NCBI GenBank assembly: GCA_038087875.1
Contig: CM075979.1
Coordinates: forward strand, 45,384,001-45,448,000
Origin: Malacoraja senta
Lineage: Eukaryota
Direction: 5' to 3'
DNA length: 64,000 nt
Part shown: positions 49,001 to 56,599 of the stretch, piece by piece
Layout of the letters: the number at the start of each line of letters is the position of its first letter
Numbering within the stretch: position 1 is the stretch's first letter
Made by a program: the position numbers and the translations under genes
The notes under the pieces: model-generated
Told to the model about the DNA's origin: nothing
Databases searched by the model: none
Seen by the model: only the letters and a program-made list of their open reading frames with translations

Positions 49001-52000
49001 GAGGGCTACATGTATATATGTATGTAGTTTGTTTTGTTGTGCTATTCTTATAACAAATGTAAAGCACTTTGGCCAACGAGAGTTGTTTTTTAATTGTGCT
49101 ATATAAATAAATGTGACTTGACTTGACTAGTTTATTGTCACATGTTTTTTCTACAGTGAAAATCTTTTGTTGCGTGCTAACCAGTTAGCAGAAAGACAAT
49201 ACGTTTTTTTGTTTCCTCTGGGTATGCGAATACTCAGGAAATAACAATAAAGATATACAATACATGGTTACAATCAAGCCATCCATAGTGTACAGATACA
49301 TGATAAGGGGAATAAAGTTTAGTACAAGTTAAAGTCCAGTAAAGTCCATATAAAGATAGTCTGAGCGTCTCCAGTGAGATAGATATTAGCTCAGTACTGC
49401 ATTTTAGTTGTTGATAGGATGATTCAGTTGCCTGATAACAGCTGGGAAGAAACTGTCCCTGAATCTGGAGGTGTGCGTTTTCACACTTCTATACCTCTGG
49501 CCTGATGGGAGAGGGGAGAAGAGGGAGTGAGAGGGGTGAGGTAGAACATGGATACAAGTCCTTCGGCCCACCGAGTCCACGCCGACCATTGATCATCTGT
49601 TCACACTAGTTCCATGTTATCCCACTTTCTCATCATACAGGGGCAATTTGCAGAGGGCCAACTGACCTACAAACCTTTGGGATGTGGGTGGAAACTGGAG
49701 CACCTGGAGGAAACCCATGGTTACAGGGTACAAACGCCACACAGACAGCACCCAAAGTCGGGATCAAACCTGGGTCTCTGGCACTGTGAGGCAGCTGCTC
49801 TACCAGCTGTGCATCTGTACCACCTATAACATCTGCAGAAAGATACTTTGATATCGCCAATGGATAGAAACACAAAGAAGTGAATACCATTCGCTGTTCA
49901 CTGTCTAATGGACTTGGACAGGTGCATGGATAAGGAAGGTTTCGAGGAATATCAATCAAATGCGGGCAAATGGGACAAGCTTAGATGGGGCATCTTGGTC
50001 GGCTTGGACAGGGTTGGGCCGAAGGGCCTGTTTCCGTGCGGTATGACTCTATATCATCATGCACATGGTAGACTGGTCTGGAGGGTGGGATTGCTTTGGG
50101 TCCAGAGTGAGCTAGCTAGCTAGCTGGGTGTAATAAGGGGTCAGAGAGTGAAAGTGCAGAAAGTTTAGATGAAAGGGCTGTGACCAGTGGTGTGAATTAA
50201 ATTAATTCACCCTCTAGATTAATTTAAAACCATTGTGTTTTGATGTTCTGTGTCAGAATGGAACTGGGATCAAGACTGGACAGGAAACGTTTTTTGTGCA
50301 GCTTACATTCCAGGAAGCTTTCAAACTGATAAAACTGATATAACCAAGGCACACAACATCATACTGCAACTTAACAGGCCCATTCATGGCAGTATACACA
50401 AATAAATACACACAAATTAGGAGCGGCGCAGCAGTAGAGTTGCTGCCTTATAGTGCCAGAGACCCAGGTTCGATCCTGACTATGGGAATTGGGGGAAACT
50501 TTTCCAATCTCTTACCTCGACGGAGATGCGATTTTTCTCCCTATCATATCTCCGTCCCCCTGTGTCTCCCTGCGGCCTAACAATGTGGAATGGTGCGGCC
50601 TTTCTTGAAGACCGGCCCGGCGCTTCAAGCCGCCGGCGTGCGGACTTTAACATCGTGGAGACTGCGATCCTTGCCGAGGATCAACTATGAAAGAGCTCCA
50701 ACCGCAGGGCCTGTGGACCTTAACACCGTGAATCCCACGGCCTCCGGTAAGAAGAGGCCGACTTGGGAGCTCCATGCTGTGGAGAGTTTGAATCCGTCCC
50801 AACGCCGGAGTATCGATCGGCGACTGTAGATGGTTCAATAGCCCCGACCAAGGGTGAACAAAAGAGGAAGATGATTGAACTTTATTACCTTCCATCACAG
50901 TGAGGAACGTGGGTTCCGCTGTGGTGGATGTTTATGTAAAATTGTATTTGATGTGGCTGTGTGTCTGTTGCTTTTTACTTAGTATGGCTGCATAGTAACT
51001 CAATTACCATTGTACCTTAATTGGTACGTGACAATAAATTTGAACTTGAACTTGTCTTTACGGAGTATGTACGTTCTCCCCGTGACCACGTGGGTTTACT
51101 CCAGGTGCTGCAGTTTTCTCCCACGCTCTAAATACATACAGGTTTGCAGGTTAATTGGCTTGGTATAATTGTAAATTGTCCCTTGTGTGAGATAGTGTTA
51201 ATGTGTGGGGATCGCTGGTCGGTGTGGACTTGGTGGGCCGAAGGGCCTGTTTCCGAGCTGTATCTCTAAACTAAACTAAACTAAACTAACTACATTTAAC
51301 GACTGCAGAGTTAAGGAAACTAGTAACAAGAGGAAGACCAGTAAAAGTATATTACAGAGCACATTCAATCATTCTTTTCTGATTATGCTTCGTTCAGTAA
51401 TAACATTTGCATTTCAATAATAACATTCTGTGTTAAACGAATAAAGGGAAATGTCAGGAAAGACACACAAAGATTTGGAAAGCACTGGAGGACATGCAAA
51501 TAGTCACACTGTTCTCAACCAATGCATCAGGAACTGGATGTAAAATGGCCCAAATTCCATATCAGGGTAATTTCCATAAATGCAGCTGTTTAGAGTATGG
51601 GTGAGGCAACTAAGTGTATTCCTTGGTAGCTTGAACTGCAGTAGATATAATTCTACTGAAATCACATACAGAGGGTGGCAAAAACAAGAGGAAGGATTGT
51701 GTCTTGTTAGTTCATAAATCAAAGGAGCAGAATTAGGCTATTCAGCACATCAAGTCTAGTCCGCCATTCAATAATGGCTGATCTAACTCTCCCCCTCAAC
51801 CCCATTCTCCTGCCTTCTCCCCATAACCCCTGACACCTGTACTGTTCAAGAATATATAAATTATTGCCTTAAAAATACCTATAGACGGCCACAAAGCCAT
51901 CTGTGGCAATGAATTCCCCGGATTCACCACCCTCTGACTTAAGAAATTCTTCCTCATTTCCTTCTTAAAGGAAAGTCCTTTAATTCTGAAACTTTGTGAC

Positions 52001-53179
52001 TCTCCCGCGACTGGAAACATCCACTCCACATCCACTTCACATCCACTCCACATCCACTCCACATCCACTCCACTCCATTCAGGCCTTTCAGTATTCGGTA
52101 CATTTCAGTGAGGACCCCCTCATCCTTCTAAACTCCAGCGAGTACAGGCCCAGTGCCATCAAACGTCTACTGTAACAGTCATAAATCAAGTTGATTGCAC
52201 TTCTGCTTCTTGAGGTTTGACCAGAAAAATTAAAATCGTTTGTATTTGTTCATTAATTGGTAAGAGAGAGCGTGATAAATATGATCAGAGACATCGATCG
52301 GATGTAGACTGATGACACACAAACATTAACTACCTCCCTTTAAACTGGGAACATCCATATTTGAACATAGTTTTCCAAGATCAATATCCCTAATGCTTGT
52401 AGTTCAGTAGTGCCTTGAAATCAATTATTTTATTATTACGGAGTTGTTAATTAATAGTATTTCAAATATTAACATTGGTCTACAATATCTGTGCTGAACA
52501 TGATGCCAACACTCTTATCTATCTGCACATAATCCATATCCCTCCATTCCCTGCAAATTCATGTGCCAATCTTCCTCCACCACCAGCCCTAGCAGCGTGT
52601 TCCAGGCACCCACCACCCATCAATGTAAAAAAATGCCCCGTACAATTTGCTTAGACTTTGCCCATCTCGTCTTAAAGCTATGCCTACTAGTATTTGATTT
52701 TATCCTGAGAAAAACGATTCTGACTATCTTATTTATCTCACCTAATTTTATACACCTATCAGGTCTCCCTGCAACCTCCGACGTTCCAGAGAAAACAATC
52801 CAAGTCTGTCCAATCTCTTCTTTATAGCTAATGCCCTCTCCAAAGCCTCCATATCCTTCCTGTAATGGGGTGAGCAGAACTGCAAGCAATACTCTATATG
52901 CAACCTAACCAAAGACCTATAAAGTTGCAAGATCATACCATGAGTTTTGATCGATCGTTAATATTGACAAAAGTCGTTCACAGGGCTGGAGATTTTGTAT
53001 CTGCTGCCACAGAGAAATGGCTTGAGGGAAAATAGAATCATTTTTGATCTACATTACACAGTCGACTTTGCAGACGAATGACTCTGTACAATTCGACCCA
53101 AGAGAAAACAGAAGTCAGGGGTCTTACCTGATAATGTAATGAAAGTCATCACAAGGGCAGACAAGGTTAAGATCGGCAT
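797..53179 (-). CDS. NCR3LG1: Multi-exon B7-H6 (NCR3LG1)-like IgSF type I membrane protein: leader-IgV-IgC1-TM plus extended modular tail; 3' end lies beyond the window start
   Basis: Eleven candidate coding exons with GT donors, all phase 1, internal exons with AG acceptors, no stop at any junction (2260 nt, about 753 codons). The IgV F-G strand [15 protein letters not shown] resembles the YxCxVxVTPxKA motif of B7-H6. Linkage of the tail exons to the 5' exons is inference. Confidence 0.7.
1190..1890 (+). repeat. Degenerate CR1 3' fragments; block paralogous to about 5886-6170 and 19920-21725
   Basis: CR1 3'-end sequence; same fragment order precedes each 90-bp exon donor. Confidence 0.65.
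1907..1996 (-). CDS. 90-bp phase 1-1 exon, acidic 30-aa repeat ([29 protein letters not shown])
   Basis: Acceptor TTTTAATACAG, donor GAAG/GTAATG, open frame, paralogous to 6177-6266 and 6868-6957. Confidence 0.7.
2488..2682 (-). repeat. Gypsy 3' LTR
   Basis: Direct repeat of 5370-5555; preceded on the minus strand by AAAAAGGAAAAGA. Confidence 0.9.
3365..5371 (-). pseudogene. Gypsy gag-pol remnants: gag fragment (4934-5371), RNase H (4519-4857), integrase HHCC and core (3365-4367); protease and most of RT deleted
   Basis: [12 protein letters not shown]...[10 protein letters not shown] RNase H motif; HTSHLG...CEAC zinc finger; WEKVGTDMF integrase core; frameshifts and stops. Confidence 0.85.
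5370..5555 (-). repeat. Gypsy 5' LTR, inner end and PBS deleted
   Basis: Direct repeat of 2488-2682 that runs straight into gag coding sequence. Confidence 0.85.
6177..6266 (-). CDS. 90-bp phase 1-1 exon, acidic 30-aa repeat ([29 protein letters not shown])
   Basis: Acceptor TTGTACAG, donor GAAC/GTAATG, open frame (inside ORF 6154-6381). Confidence 0.65.
6272..6654 (-). mobile_element. Non-autonomous CpG-rich retroposon with conserved hairpin box and (TATTG)n tail
   Basis: Absent from the paralogous acceptor at 1997-2020; shares hairpin box and 3' end with 36478-37325 and 50488-51054. Confidence 0.6.
6868..6957 (-). CDS. 90-bp phase 1-1 exon, acidic 30-aa repeat ([29 protein letters not shown])
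   Basis: Acceptor TTTTGTTTAAATGCAG, donor GAAG/GTAAGG, open frame. Confidence 0.7.
7277..7540 (+). mobile_element. V-SINE (HE1-like)
   Basis: Same structure as 10-266; part of the 1-1078 / 7273-8343 segmental paralogy. Confidence 0.75.
8063..8485 (-). CDS. 423-bp phase 1-1 exon encoding a degenerate C1-type Ig-like domain lacking both canonical Cys and the core Trp (copy B)
   Basis: Acceptor TCTATCTTTCAG, donor TCAG/GTAATA, 141 open codons; VPMDIVISL and AQINIEHKS align with YPKEIAISW and YTCEVKHKK of the gene's own C1 exon. Confidence 0.75.
8985..10452 (+). mobile_element. Degenerate CR1 LINE RT and 3' end (duplicated at 18185-19652)
   Basis: GVPQGSVL and KFDDDTK RT motifs with frameshifts. 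Confidence 0.85.
10647..10839 (+). promoter_or_regulatory. L1 5' UTR / putative internal promoter
   Basis: ETS-type CACTTCCGG at the 5' end; 16-bp palindromes AAAAATCGCGATTTTT (10703-10718) and CTGATGACGTCATCAG (10786-10801, contains a CRE); CpG rich. Confidence 0.6.
10840..11835 (+). CDS. L1 ORF1p (coiled coil plus RRM/CTD, Transposase_22 type), 331 aa
   Basis: Heptad-rich N-terminal half followed by [21 protein letters not shown] and IIIKL motifs. Confidence 0.93.
   Translation: MKSTSPGQSPQRKISKHLLKTLEQQETSELTSGEVSGMATRSAKEKTEMEDLRNSVRDIKNDMEAGNSKLIAGNDKILEGIEALQKRIEGVEKGLSIKIEKVAEETTKMFEAVHETVAANASAVNDLEAAVEVMAGEMQTMKSEIDSLKNQVTKVSNKCVDLEARSRRQNIRIRGVKEGAEGDNVCEFAANLIKHVLKLPEAPVIEVAHRLPRFKSRSQGERAYPRQIIIKLRDISTMEALMKKINHGEKMMYRGDTIKLLRDYPYEIEQKRRKFSQTREVLYGVKGVLCGVFYPARMRITFEGVSKTFTNSDESLKYAQEIATKAASTGD
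12118..12654 (+). repeat. Diverged about 240-bp direct repeat in the L1 inter-ORF region (12118-12358, 12415-12654)
   Basis: Shared blocks ACAATACTAATATAGAAATA, CCTGG-N7-CCAGG and AAAATAGTTAAGAGATAA in the same order. Confidence 0.85.
13043..16843 (+). CDS. L1 ORF2p: AP endonuclease, reverse transcriptase, CCHC domain (first ATG at 13052)
   Basis: WNIRG, LQETH, GGDFN, RIDY and SDH endonuclease motifs; QGCSLSP and YADD RT motifs; C-x2-C-x8-H-x4-C; uninterrupted 1266 codons. Confidence 0.97.
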   Translation: MVKMHDDNQKKIGGITLCSWNIRGINEPIKRGKILAQLKSYNTDIAFLQETHLKQQDQTRLRANWIGQTFHSSFTSKSRGTAIIIRKGIPFKSKNTILDKEGRYLIVAGEINNMPITLVNIYAPNFDNPQFFNKILNIIAESNYQNVIIGGDFNCVLDPYLDKSMQKQKGQTKSKTSELLHTYMENTNITDVWRIANPTGRDYSFYSMVHKTYSRIDYFLVDTKLISQSLNPKYHINAISDHSPLTFVLKLEGMSMNKPFWRFNSQILKDPQGSIYLKKQMDLFFELNDTPEISPTLLWESFKAFIRGVIISFQAYQNKKNKNEQRHLEDQIKQLDIDNAKDPTMDKHNKILLLKFQLNKLLSEKVITLFQITKQEHFEFGDKPHKLLARQLKKREKENAILKIKSDRGEVLTLPKDINKRFAQFYQNLYTSKTSIDNNKISEFLDNCNLPQLERREQEELGAQITSKEIEDTIKTLKNGKTPGPDGFSNEFYKSFYDIVTPRLQKMYIYAYKEQNLPETLAESTIILILKKDKNIEEPGSYRAIALLNTDQKIIAKTLANRLSKYVSRLIHEDQTGFIPKRHSFNNLRRLLNIMHSHKSYDEELAIISLDAEKAFDQVEWDYMIKVLQKFQLGENFIAWIKLLYNKPTARILTNNILSSKFELSRGNRQGCSLSPLLFALVIEPLAEKIRTHSNIHGYNTKYSNNKLSLYADDVLLYITKPQISIPNILNLIEDFGSFSGYRINWNKSEIMSIKPKDSTHLRKFPFKIAMEKFKYLGIEITRNYHDMFKANYNPLLKKLNNLIKFWKTLPMSLIGRINAIKMIFLPQILYLFQSIPIYLPKKFFKKLDSDITNFIWDYKSHRIQRTHLNKRKELGGLALPNFMYYNWAVNIKNMIHLLDNSAQQVDWIIMEKGDCSPNNIGAIILSPINLNNKNYNKNPIIYSTIRTWKQIKQNLKLRNLSLLIPIVNNPSFKPSIIDKAFIQWERMGIKTLEDLYELEKLLSFQQLQLKYNLKNNQYFKYIQICDYLKTHTKDYYNMPSDLLDEAMKTKAESVNLISYLYNIILNIEIPTTDGIRRDWEQDLGIKISKESWDNHLLQVHKCSINVRHTLIQFKTLHRLYYSKTKLNKIFPNVSSICDKCICQEATIAHSFVFCTKIQKFWFEIFDIFSKLIKIKLVPKPEWIIFGISEGIPELNVYQKNLLNYGLIMGKKLILKFWKTAPTPTIKMWTSNMLETLHLEEMRFLLVGKVDQFQKTWSTFLDLLQA
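17254..19790. repeat. Second copy of the tandem duplication (its first about 30 bp lie at 10617-10646, left of the L1)
   Basis: Near identity to 8054-10590; only one substitution noticed by eye (8696 vs 17896). Confidence 0.95.
17263..17685 (-). CDS. 423-bp phase 1-1 cysteine-less Ig-like exon (copy C)
   Basis: Same translation as 8063-8485; donor preserved within the L1 TSD. Confidence 0.75.
20153..21601 (+). mobile_element. 5'-truncated Rex-Babar-type LINE, frameshifted RT
   Basis: [25 protein letters not shown] and KFADD motifs (ORFs 20203-20910, 20847-21536); ACAATAAA plus (CTTGA)n tail; probable TGGAT TSD. Confidence 0.85.
22199..22637 (+). mobile_element. 5'-truncated L1 3' fragment
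   Basis: HLEEMRFLL matches the ORF2 C-terminus of the full-length L1; A-rich tail; 12-bp TSD GAAAGGATACAA (22187-22198, 22638-22649). Confidence 0.85.
22807..24723 (-). pseudogene. CR1 ORF2 reverse transcriptase portion, 638 aa open
   Basis: [21 protein letters not shown] and YADD motifs; separated by frameshifts from endonuclease fragments 24686-25562. Confidence 0.9.
25750..26094 (-). pseudogene. CR1 ORF1 SGNH-esterase C-terminal fragment
   Basis: VHIGTND and DGFHL motifs. Confidence 0.8.
28307..28540 (-). pseudogene. Disrupted copy of the 90-bp acidic exon
   Basis: Donor GAAG/GTAATG and [21 protein letters not shown] retained; split by a CR1-tail insertion (about 28370-28520); acceptor deleted relative to 1997-2030. 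Confidence 0.7.
28945..29610 (+). mobile_element. Deleted CR1 RT fragments
   Basis: [16 protein letters not shown] and GVPQGSVLG motifs. Confidence 0.75.
29670..33800 (-). mobile_element. Degenerate CR1 LINE with ORF1 esterase, endonuclease and RT remnants
   Basis: ORFs 33293-33817 (GDSIVRG, HIGTND), 32525-33115, 31189-32106, 30212-30577, 29762-30133; (TTTCTATG)n tail. Confidence 0.85.
30923..31545 (-). mobile_element. 5'-truncated Rex-Babar-type LINE nested in CR1 RT
   Basis: QRLYFLRQL motif, (CTATT)n tail; the host CR1 frame resumes on both sides. Confidence 0.8.
33293..33817 (-). pseudogene. CR1 ORF1 SGNH hydrolase/esterase domain
   Basis: [12 protein letters not shown] and HIGTND blocks; esterase ORF1 is established for CR1/L2 elements. 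Confidence 0.8.
33984..34061 (-). CDS. NCR3LG1: 78-bp phase 1-1 cytoplasmic exon ([26 protein letters not shown])
   Basis: Acceptor TTGTTCAG, donor CGAG/GTAATT, open frame, in unique sequence between repeats. Confidence 0.6.
35426..35454 (-). ncRNA. Minimal type I hammerhead ribozyme motif in a Penelope-derived repeat
   Basis: CUGAAGA-UGGGUCCUGAUCU-GAAAC-GUC-A. Confidence 0.6.
36132..36250 (+). repeat. 40-bp tandem repeat x3 derived from a Rex-Babar ORF2 3' region
   Basis: Unit ACACTGCCCGCTCCATCGCGGGTACTGACCTCCCTACCAC at 36132, 36172, 36212. Confidence 0.8.
36478..37325 (-). mobile_element. Non-autonomous CpG-rich retroposon with hairpin box and GAAA-tetraloop 3' stem
   Basis: 5' CCGGAAGTG; hairpin at 36595-36643; TTCAGACC-GAAA-GGTCTGAA at 36509-36528; ACAAATAAA plus simple-repeat tail. 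Confidence 0.55.
37498..37649. other. Assembly gap (N run)
   Basis: 152 N. Confidence 1.
38704..38805 (-). CDS. NCR3LG1: Transmembrane exon ([34 protein letters not shown])
   Basis: Acceptor GTTTTAACAG, donor AAAG/GTAAAC, 102 bp phase 1-1; hydrophobic stretch followed by basic residues. Confidence 0.88.
39640..40145 (+). mobile_element. Two adjacent V-SINE copies
   Basis: tRNA-like head, V-domain, (TAAAC)n tail. Confidence 0.7.
40201..40515 (-). CDS. NCR3LG1: IgC1-set domain exon
   Basis: Acceptor TCTTCCACAG, donor GAAG/GTGCGT, 315 bp; [17 protein letters not shown]...DGTFSLSS...YTCEVKH; four N-glycosylation sequons. Confidence 0.92.
40800..41180. mobile_element. Possible old Tc1/mariner (Tigger-like) MITE
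   Basis: TA-flanked imperfect terminal inverted repeats TACAGGTC...GACCTATA. Confidence 0.35.
41590..43710 (+). mobile_element. Two 5'-truncated CR1 copies (about 41590-42530, 42835-43710) separated by a minus-strand V-SINE
   Basis: KFADDTK and [11 protein letters not shown] motifs, CR1 3' end. Confidence 0.85.
44435..44862 (+). mobile_element. 5'-truncated L2 LINE
   Basis: [16 protein letters not shown] motif, (GACTT)n tail; closely related to 48553-49128. Confidence 0.8.
44935..45727 (+). mobile_element. V-SINE copies (about 44935-45110, 45420-45727)
   Basis: tRNA-like head with GGTTCGATCC-type B box, (TAAAC)n tails. Confidence 0.7.
45985..46650 (+). mobile_element. Penelope-like element 3' part (GIY-YIG endonuclease remnant plus terminal repeat)
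   Basis: [18 protein letters not shown] and [20 protein letters not shown] motifs. Confidence 0.85.
46559..46587 (+). ncRNA. Minimal type I hammerhead ribozyme motif
   Basis: CUGAGGA-AGGGUCUCGACCU-GAAAC-GUC-A. Confidence 0.65.
46874..47021 (-). repeat. Penelope terminal-repeat array (66-bp unit x2) with degenerate hammerhead head
   Basis: Inverted relative to 47398-47591. Confidence 0.75.
47065..47382 (+). mobile_element. V-SINE, near full length
   Basis: GGTTCGATCC B box, V-domain, (TAAAC)n tail. Confidence 0.8.
47398..47591 (+). repeat. 66-bp tandem repeat x3 of the Penelope terminal sequence
   Basis: Units start with GAAACGTCA at 47398, 47464, 47530. Confidence 0.9.
48125..48463 (-). 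CDS. NCR3LG1: IgV-set domain exon, B7-H6-like
   Basis: Acceptor TATTTTGAAG, donor TCAG/GTAAGG, 339 bp; LLKC...VHW...GNASLYL...[11 protein letters not shown]. Confidence 0.93.
48553..49128 (+). mobile_element. 5'-truncated L2 LINE
   Basis: [12 protein letters not shown]...LHWLPV...[15 protein letters not shown] motifs, (GACTT)n tail. Confidence 0.85.
50488..51054 (+). mobile_element. Non-autonomous hairpin-box retroposon inserted into a V-SINE (halves at 50420-50487 and 51055-51292)
   Basis: Hairpin box 50891-50926, GACAATAAA plus (TTGAAC)n tail; SINE sequence resumes after the insert. Confidence 0.6.
52020..52076. repeat. 11-bp minisatellite (ATCCACTCCAC)n
   Basis: About 5 units inside a CR1 fragment. 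Confidence 0.85.
53128..53179 (-). CDS. NCR3LG1: Leader (signal peptide) exon [18 protein letters not shown]
   Basis: ATG at 53179, hydrophobic core, consensus donor CAG/GTAAG, phase 1 compatible with the IgV exon. Confidence 0.8.
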
Positions 53180-53247
53180 CTTAAAAACGGAAAGTTTTCA
53201 CAAACATGAGGATCTTTAAAACAAGTTTACGACCTGCAAAGTAGTTT

Positions 53248-53259
53248 GACTTTCACTTT
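53248..53259 (-). promoter_or_regulatory. IRF-element/ISRE-like motif AAAGTGAAAGTC about 70 bp upstream of the ATG
   Basis: Close to the IRF1/2 consensus GAAAGTGAAAGT. Confidence 0.45.
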
Positions 53260-53356
53260 GACGGTCACATTCACATTTGTTCCAAGAATCGTGTGGACTC
53301 TAGACTTAAACAATAAATCATCAGAATCTTTTAGACGGACAGGTATATTATTCAGA

Positions 53357-53930
53357 AGATAGACACCAAATGCTGGAGTAACTCAGCGGGACAGGCAGCA
53401 TCGCTGGAGAGAAGGAATGGGTGATGTTTTGGGTCGAGATCCATTCTTCAGAATGAAAGTCACGGGGAAGAGAAATGAGAGGTACAGACAATAATGTAGA
53501 GAGATATAGAACAAATGAATGAAGATATGCAAAAAATTAACGATGATAAAGGAAACAAAAGCTGTTTGTTGGGTGAGAACGGGAACCTGGTACAACTTGG
53601 GTGGGGGACAGATAGAGAGAAAGGGAATGCAAGGGCTACCTGAAGTTAGAGAAATCAATATTCATACCACTGGGCTGTAAGCTGTCCAAGCAAAATATGA
53701 GGTGCTGTTCCTCCAATTTCTGTTTACGCTCACTCTGACAATGGAGGAGTTCTAGGACAGAAAGGTCAGTGTGGGAATGGGAAGGGGTATTAAAGTGTTC
53801 ATCAACCGGGAGATCAGGTAGGTTCAGGCGGACTGAGCGGTTGCCCAGTCCACGTTTGGCCTCGCCGATGTTTACGAGTCCACATCTTGAACAGCGGATA
53901 CAGTACATGAGGTTGGAGGAGGTGCAAGTG
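53357..53930 (-). mobile_element. Penelope-like element 3' part (GIY-YIG remnant, degenerate hammerhead)
   Basis: ORF 53636-53908 YCIRCSRCG...IGE...LEEQHLIF...QPSGMNIDF. Confidence 0.85.
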
Positions 53931-56599
53931 TATTTTATTCACCTTGATATTATCCCTGTTTGATTTCTACTAGTTTGTTTATTTCAGCGGAATGTTTCTT
54001 TAAACCACATGATTCCCATGCATTAAACAGCCAGTAGATTGGACAGACGTGGATTGTTTAAGTCATAGGGTCATAGAGAGATACAGCGTGGAAACAGGCT
54101 CTTCGGCCCAACTTGCCCACACCGGCCAACAATGTCCCAGCTACACTAGTCACACCTGCCTGCATTTGGTCCATGTCCCTCCAAACCTGTCCTATCCATG
54201 TACCTGTGTAAATGTTTCTTAAACGTCAGGATAGTTCCTGCCTCAACTACCTCCTCTGGCAGCTTGTTCCACACACCCACCACCCTTTGGTGAAAAAGTT
54301 ACCCCTCAGATTCCTATTCAATTTTTTCCCCTTCACATTAAACCTATGTCCTCTGGTCCTCGATTCACCTACTCTGGGCAATGTGCATCTAACAGATCTA
54401 TTCCCCTCATGATTTTATACACCTCTATAAGATCATGCTCTCATTTTCCTGCGCTCCAAGGAATAAAGTCATAGCTTACACAACATTGCCCGATAGCTCA
54501 GACCCGCTAGTCCTGGGAACAGCCTCGTCAATCTCTGTATCCTTTGCAGCTTGGCAGCATTTTTCCTATAACATGGTGCCCACAACTGAACACAATACTC
54601 TAAATGCAGCCTCACCAATGTATTATACAACTGCATCATGGACTCACAACGTCTATACTCAATACTCTGGCTGATGAAGGCCAATGTGCCAAAAGCCTTT
54701 TTGACCACTTTATTTACCTGCGAATTCATCTTCAAGGAACCATGCACTTGCAGTCCTAGATCCCTCTGCTCCATAACACTCCGCAGAGCCCTACCATTCA
54801 CTGTGTTTTCTCTGGGATGTCGGAGACTGAGGGGAGATCTGATAGAAGTATATAAAATGATGTTAGGCATAGATGGCATTGACAGTCAGAATCCTTTTTC
54901 CTTGGATAAAACAAATAAAATACAGCTTTAGGATGAGAGAGGCAAAGTTTCTTTGAATTGTACTTGGCAATTGTTTTTACATCGAGGGTGATGAGTGGCA
55001 GCAACGTGCTGCCAGGGATGGTGGTGGAGGCAGATGCTAAAGTGGAATTTAAGTGACTTTTGGATACCTGAGAGAGGTATATACAATTCTGACAGGCATA
55101 GGCAGGGTAGAAAGTCTGTACATTTTTCCCATGTGGGAACTGTTAAAGACAACAATACTGGAGGAAATGAACACATTCCCAAGATCAGCAGTTCATCTAT
55201 CTATTTAATTACCGTCTCATTCCACATCCAGCTTACTGTAGTGTGTGTGATCAACATATTGTTACTGGAGCAACTTGCCAAAGTCACCTCAATACATCCT
55301 GAATCCTGCAAACTCCAACTCATTCCCAATCTGCTCTCTGCCAAACTGTGCTAAGTCCTTCTATCATCATTAGGCCAAAGTCACAGAGCACTTTATCCAC
55401 TTGCACTGCTATAATACCTTCCCCATGCAACAGTAGGGTAAAGAATGCTTGACAATGCCCTCCCAGAGATGGACAAGATATATTCATCTTACTGCCAATA
55501 CCCACATCCCAAGAATGAATAGAGAAGATAATAGCAGATCAATTGATATGAATAAAGTCTCACCTGCTGCTTGTAATTTCAGAATGTAAATTAATATTCC
55601 AAGGGTTATACATATCATCTCCATGAGGCAGATTATAATTACAATCTTAATATGATTTATGGGTTCTGTAAATGTTAAGAACATAAAATTACATAGTATT
55701 TGAATAAAAGATGCAATTGATTCTGAAATGGTCAGGAATGTGTGAATAATCCTTGGACTTTGCCATAGTGCTTGTACACATTTGATTTATCAAACTGAAT
55801 CACATTGAATTGAATTGAATTGAATTGAATTGAATTGAGATATACACCATGGAACCCTAGGGCCCACGAAGTCCACGCCGACCATCGATCACCCGCTCAC
55901 ACTAGTTCTATGTTATCCCATTTTCTCATCCACTCCCTACACACTAGGGTAGAGTGGGCGATTGCTGGCAGATGAAAGCTGGAAGAGAGGAGGGGCAAAG
56001 GACAAAGCCTAATGAGTAATAGGTGGATCTAGGTGAGGGGAGTTAATGATAAAAAGACGCAAAATGTTAGAGTAACTCAGCGGGTCAGGCAGCATCTCTG
56101 TAGAACATGGTTAGGTGAAGTTTTGGGGTTGAAACCTCTGCAGACTGATTACTGAGGAAGGGGGAAAGTAAGCTGGATGTGTGGAGGGACAGGATGAATA
56201 ACAGCTCATCCTGGATGTCCTTGTTACACCAGCATCTGCAGTTCCTTGTCTCTACATTTAATACCATCTCCAGCTTTTCATACCTGTGAATAAGAGAACG
56301 ATGAACATGGATATATCATCGCGATACAAACAACTGCTGATAATGGAATCTTGAGCAAGAAACAAATGCTTGGAGGAACTCAACAAGTCAGGCAACATCT
56401 GTGGAGGGAATGGACGGGCGATGTTTCGGGTCGGACCCAAACAGGTCCCAAACAGAGGCGTCATCTATCTATTCTCACCACAGATGCTGTCTGACCCGCT
56501 GAGTTCAATCATGGCCGATATACAGTAAATGCCCAATGACTTAGCCTCCATAGCCGTCTGTGGCAATGAATTTCACAGATTCACCCTCCTCTGACTACA

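Noticed and set aside
53188-53199. NF-kB-like GAAAACTTTCC near the start codon
   Set aside because: Lacks the 5' GG of the kB consensus; too weak to call
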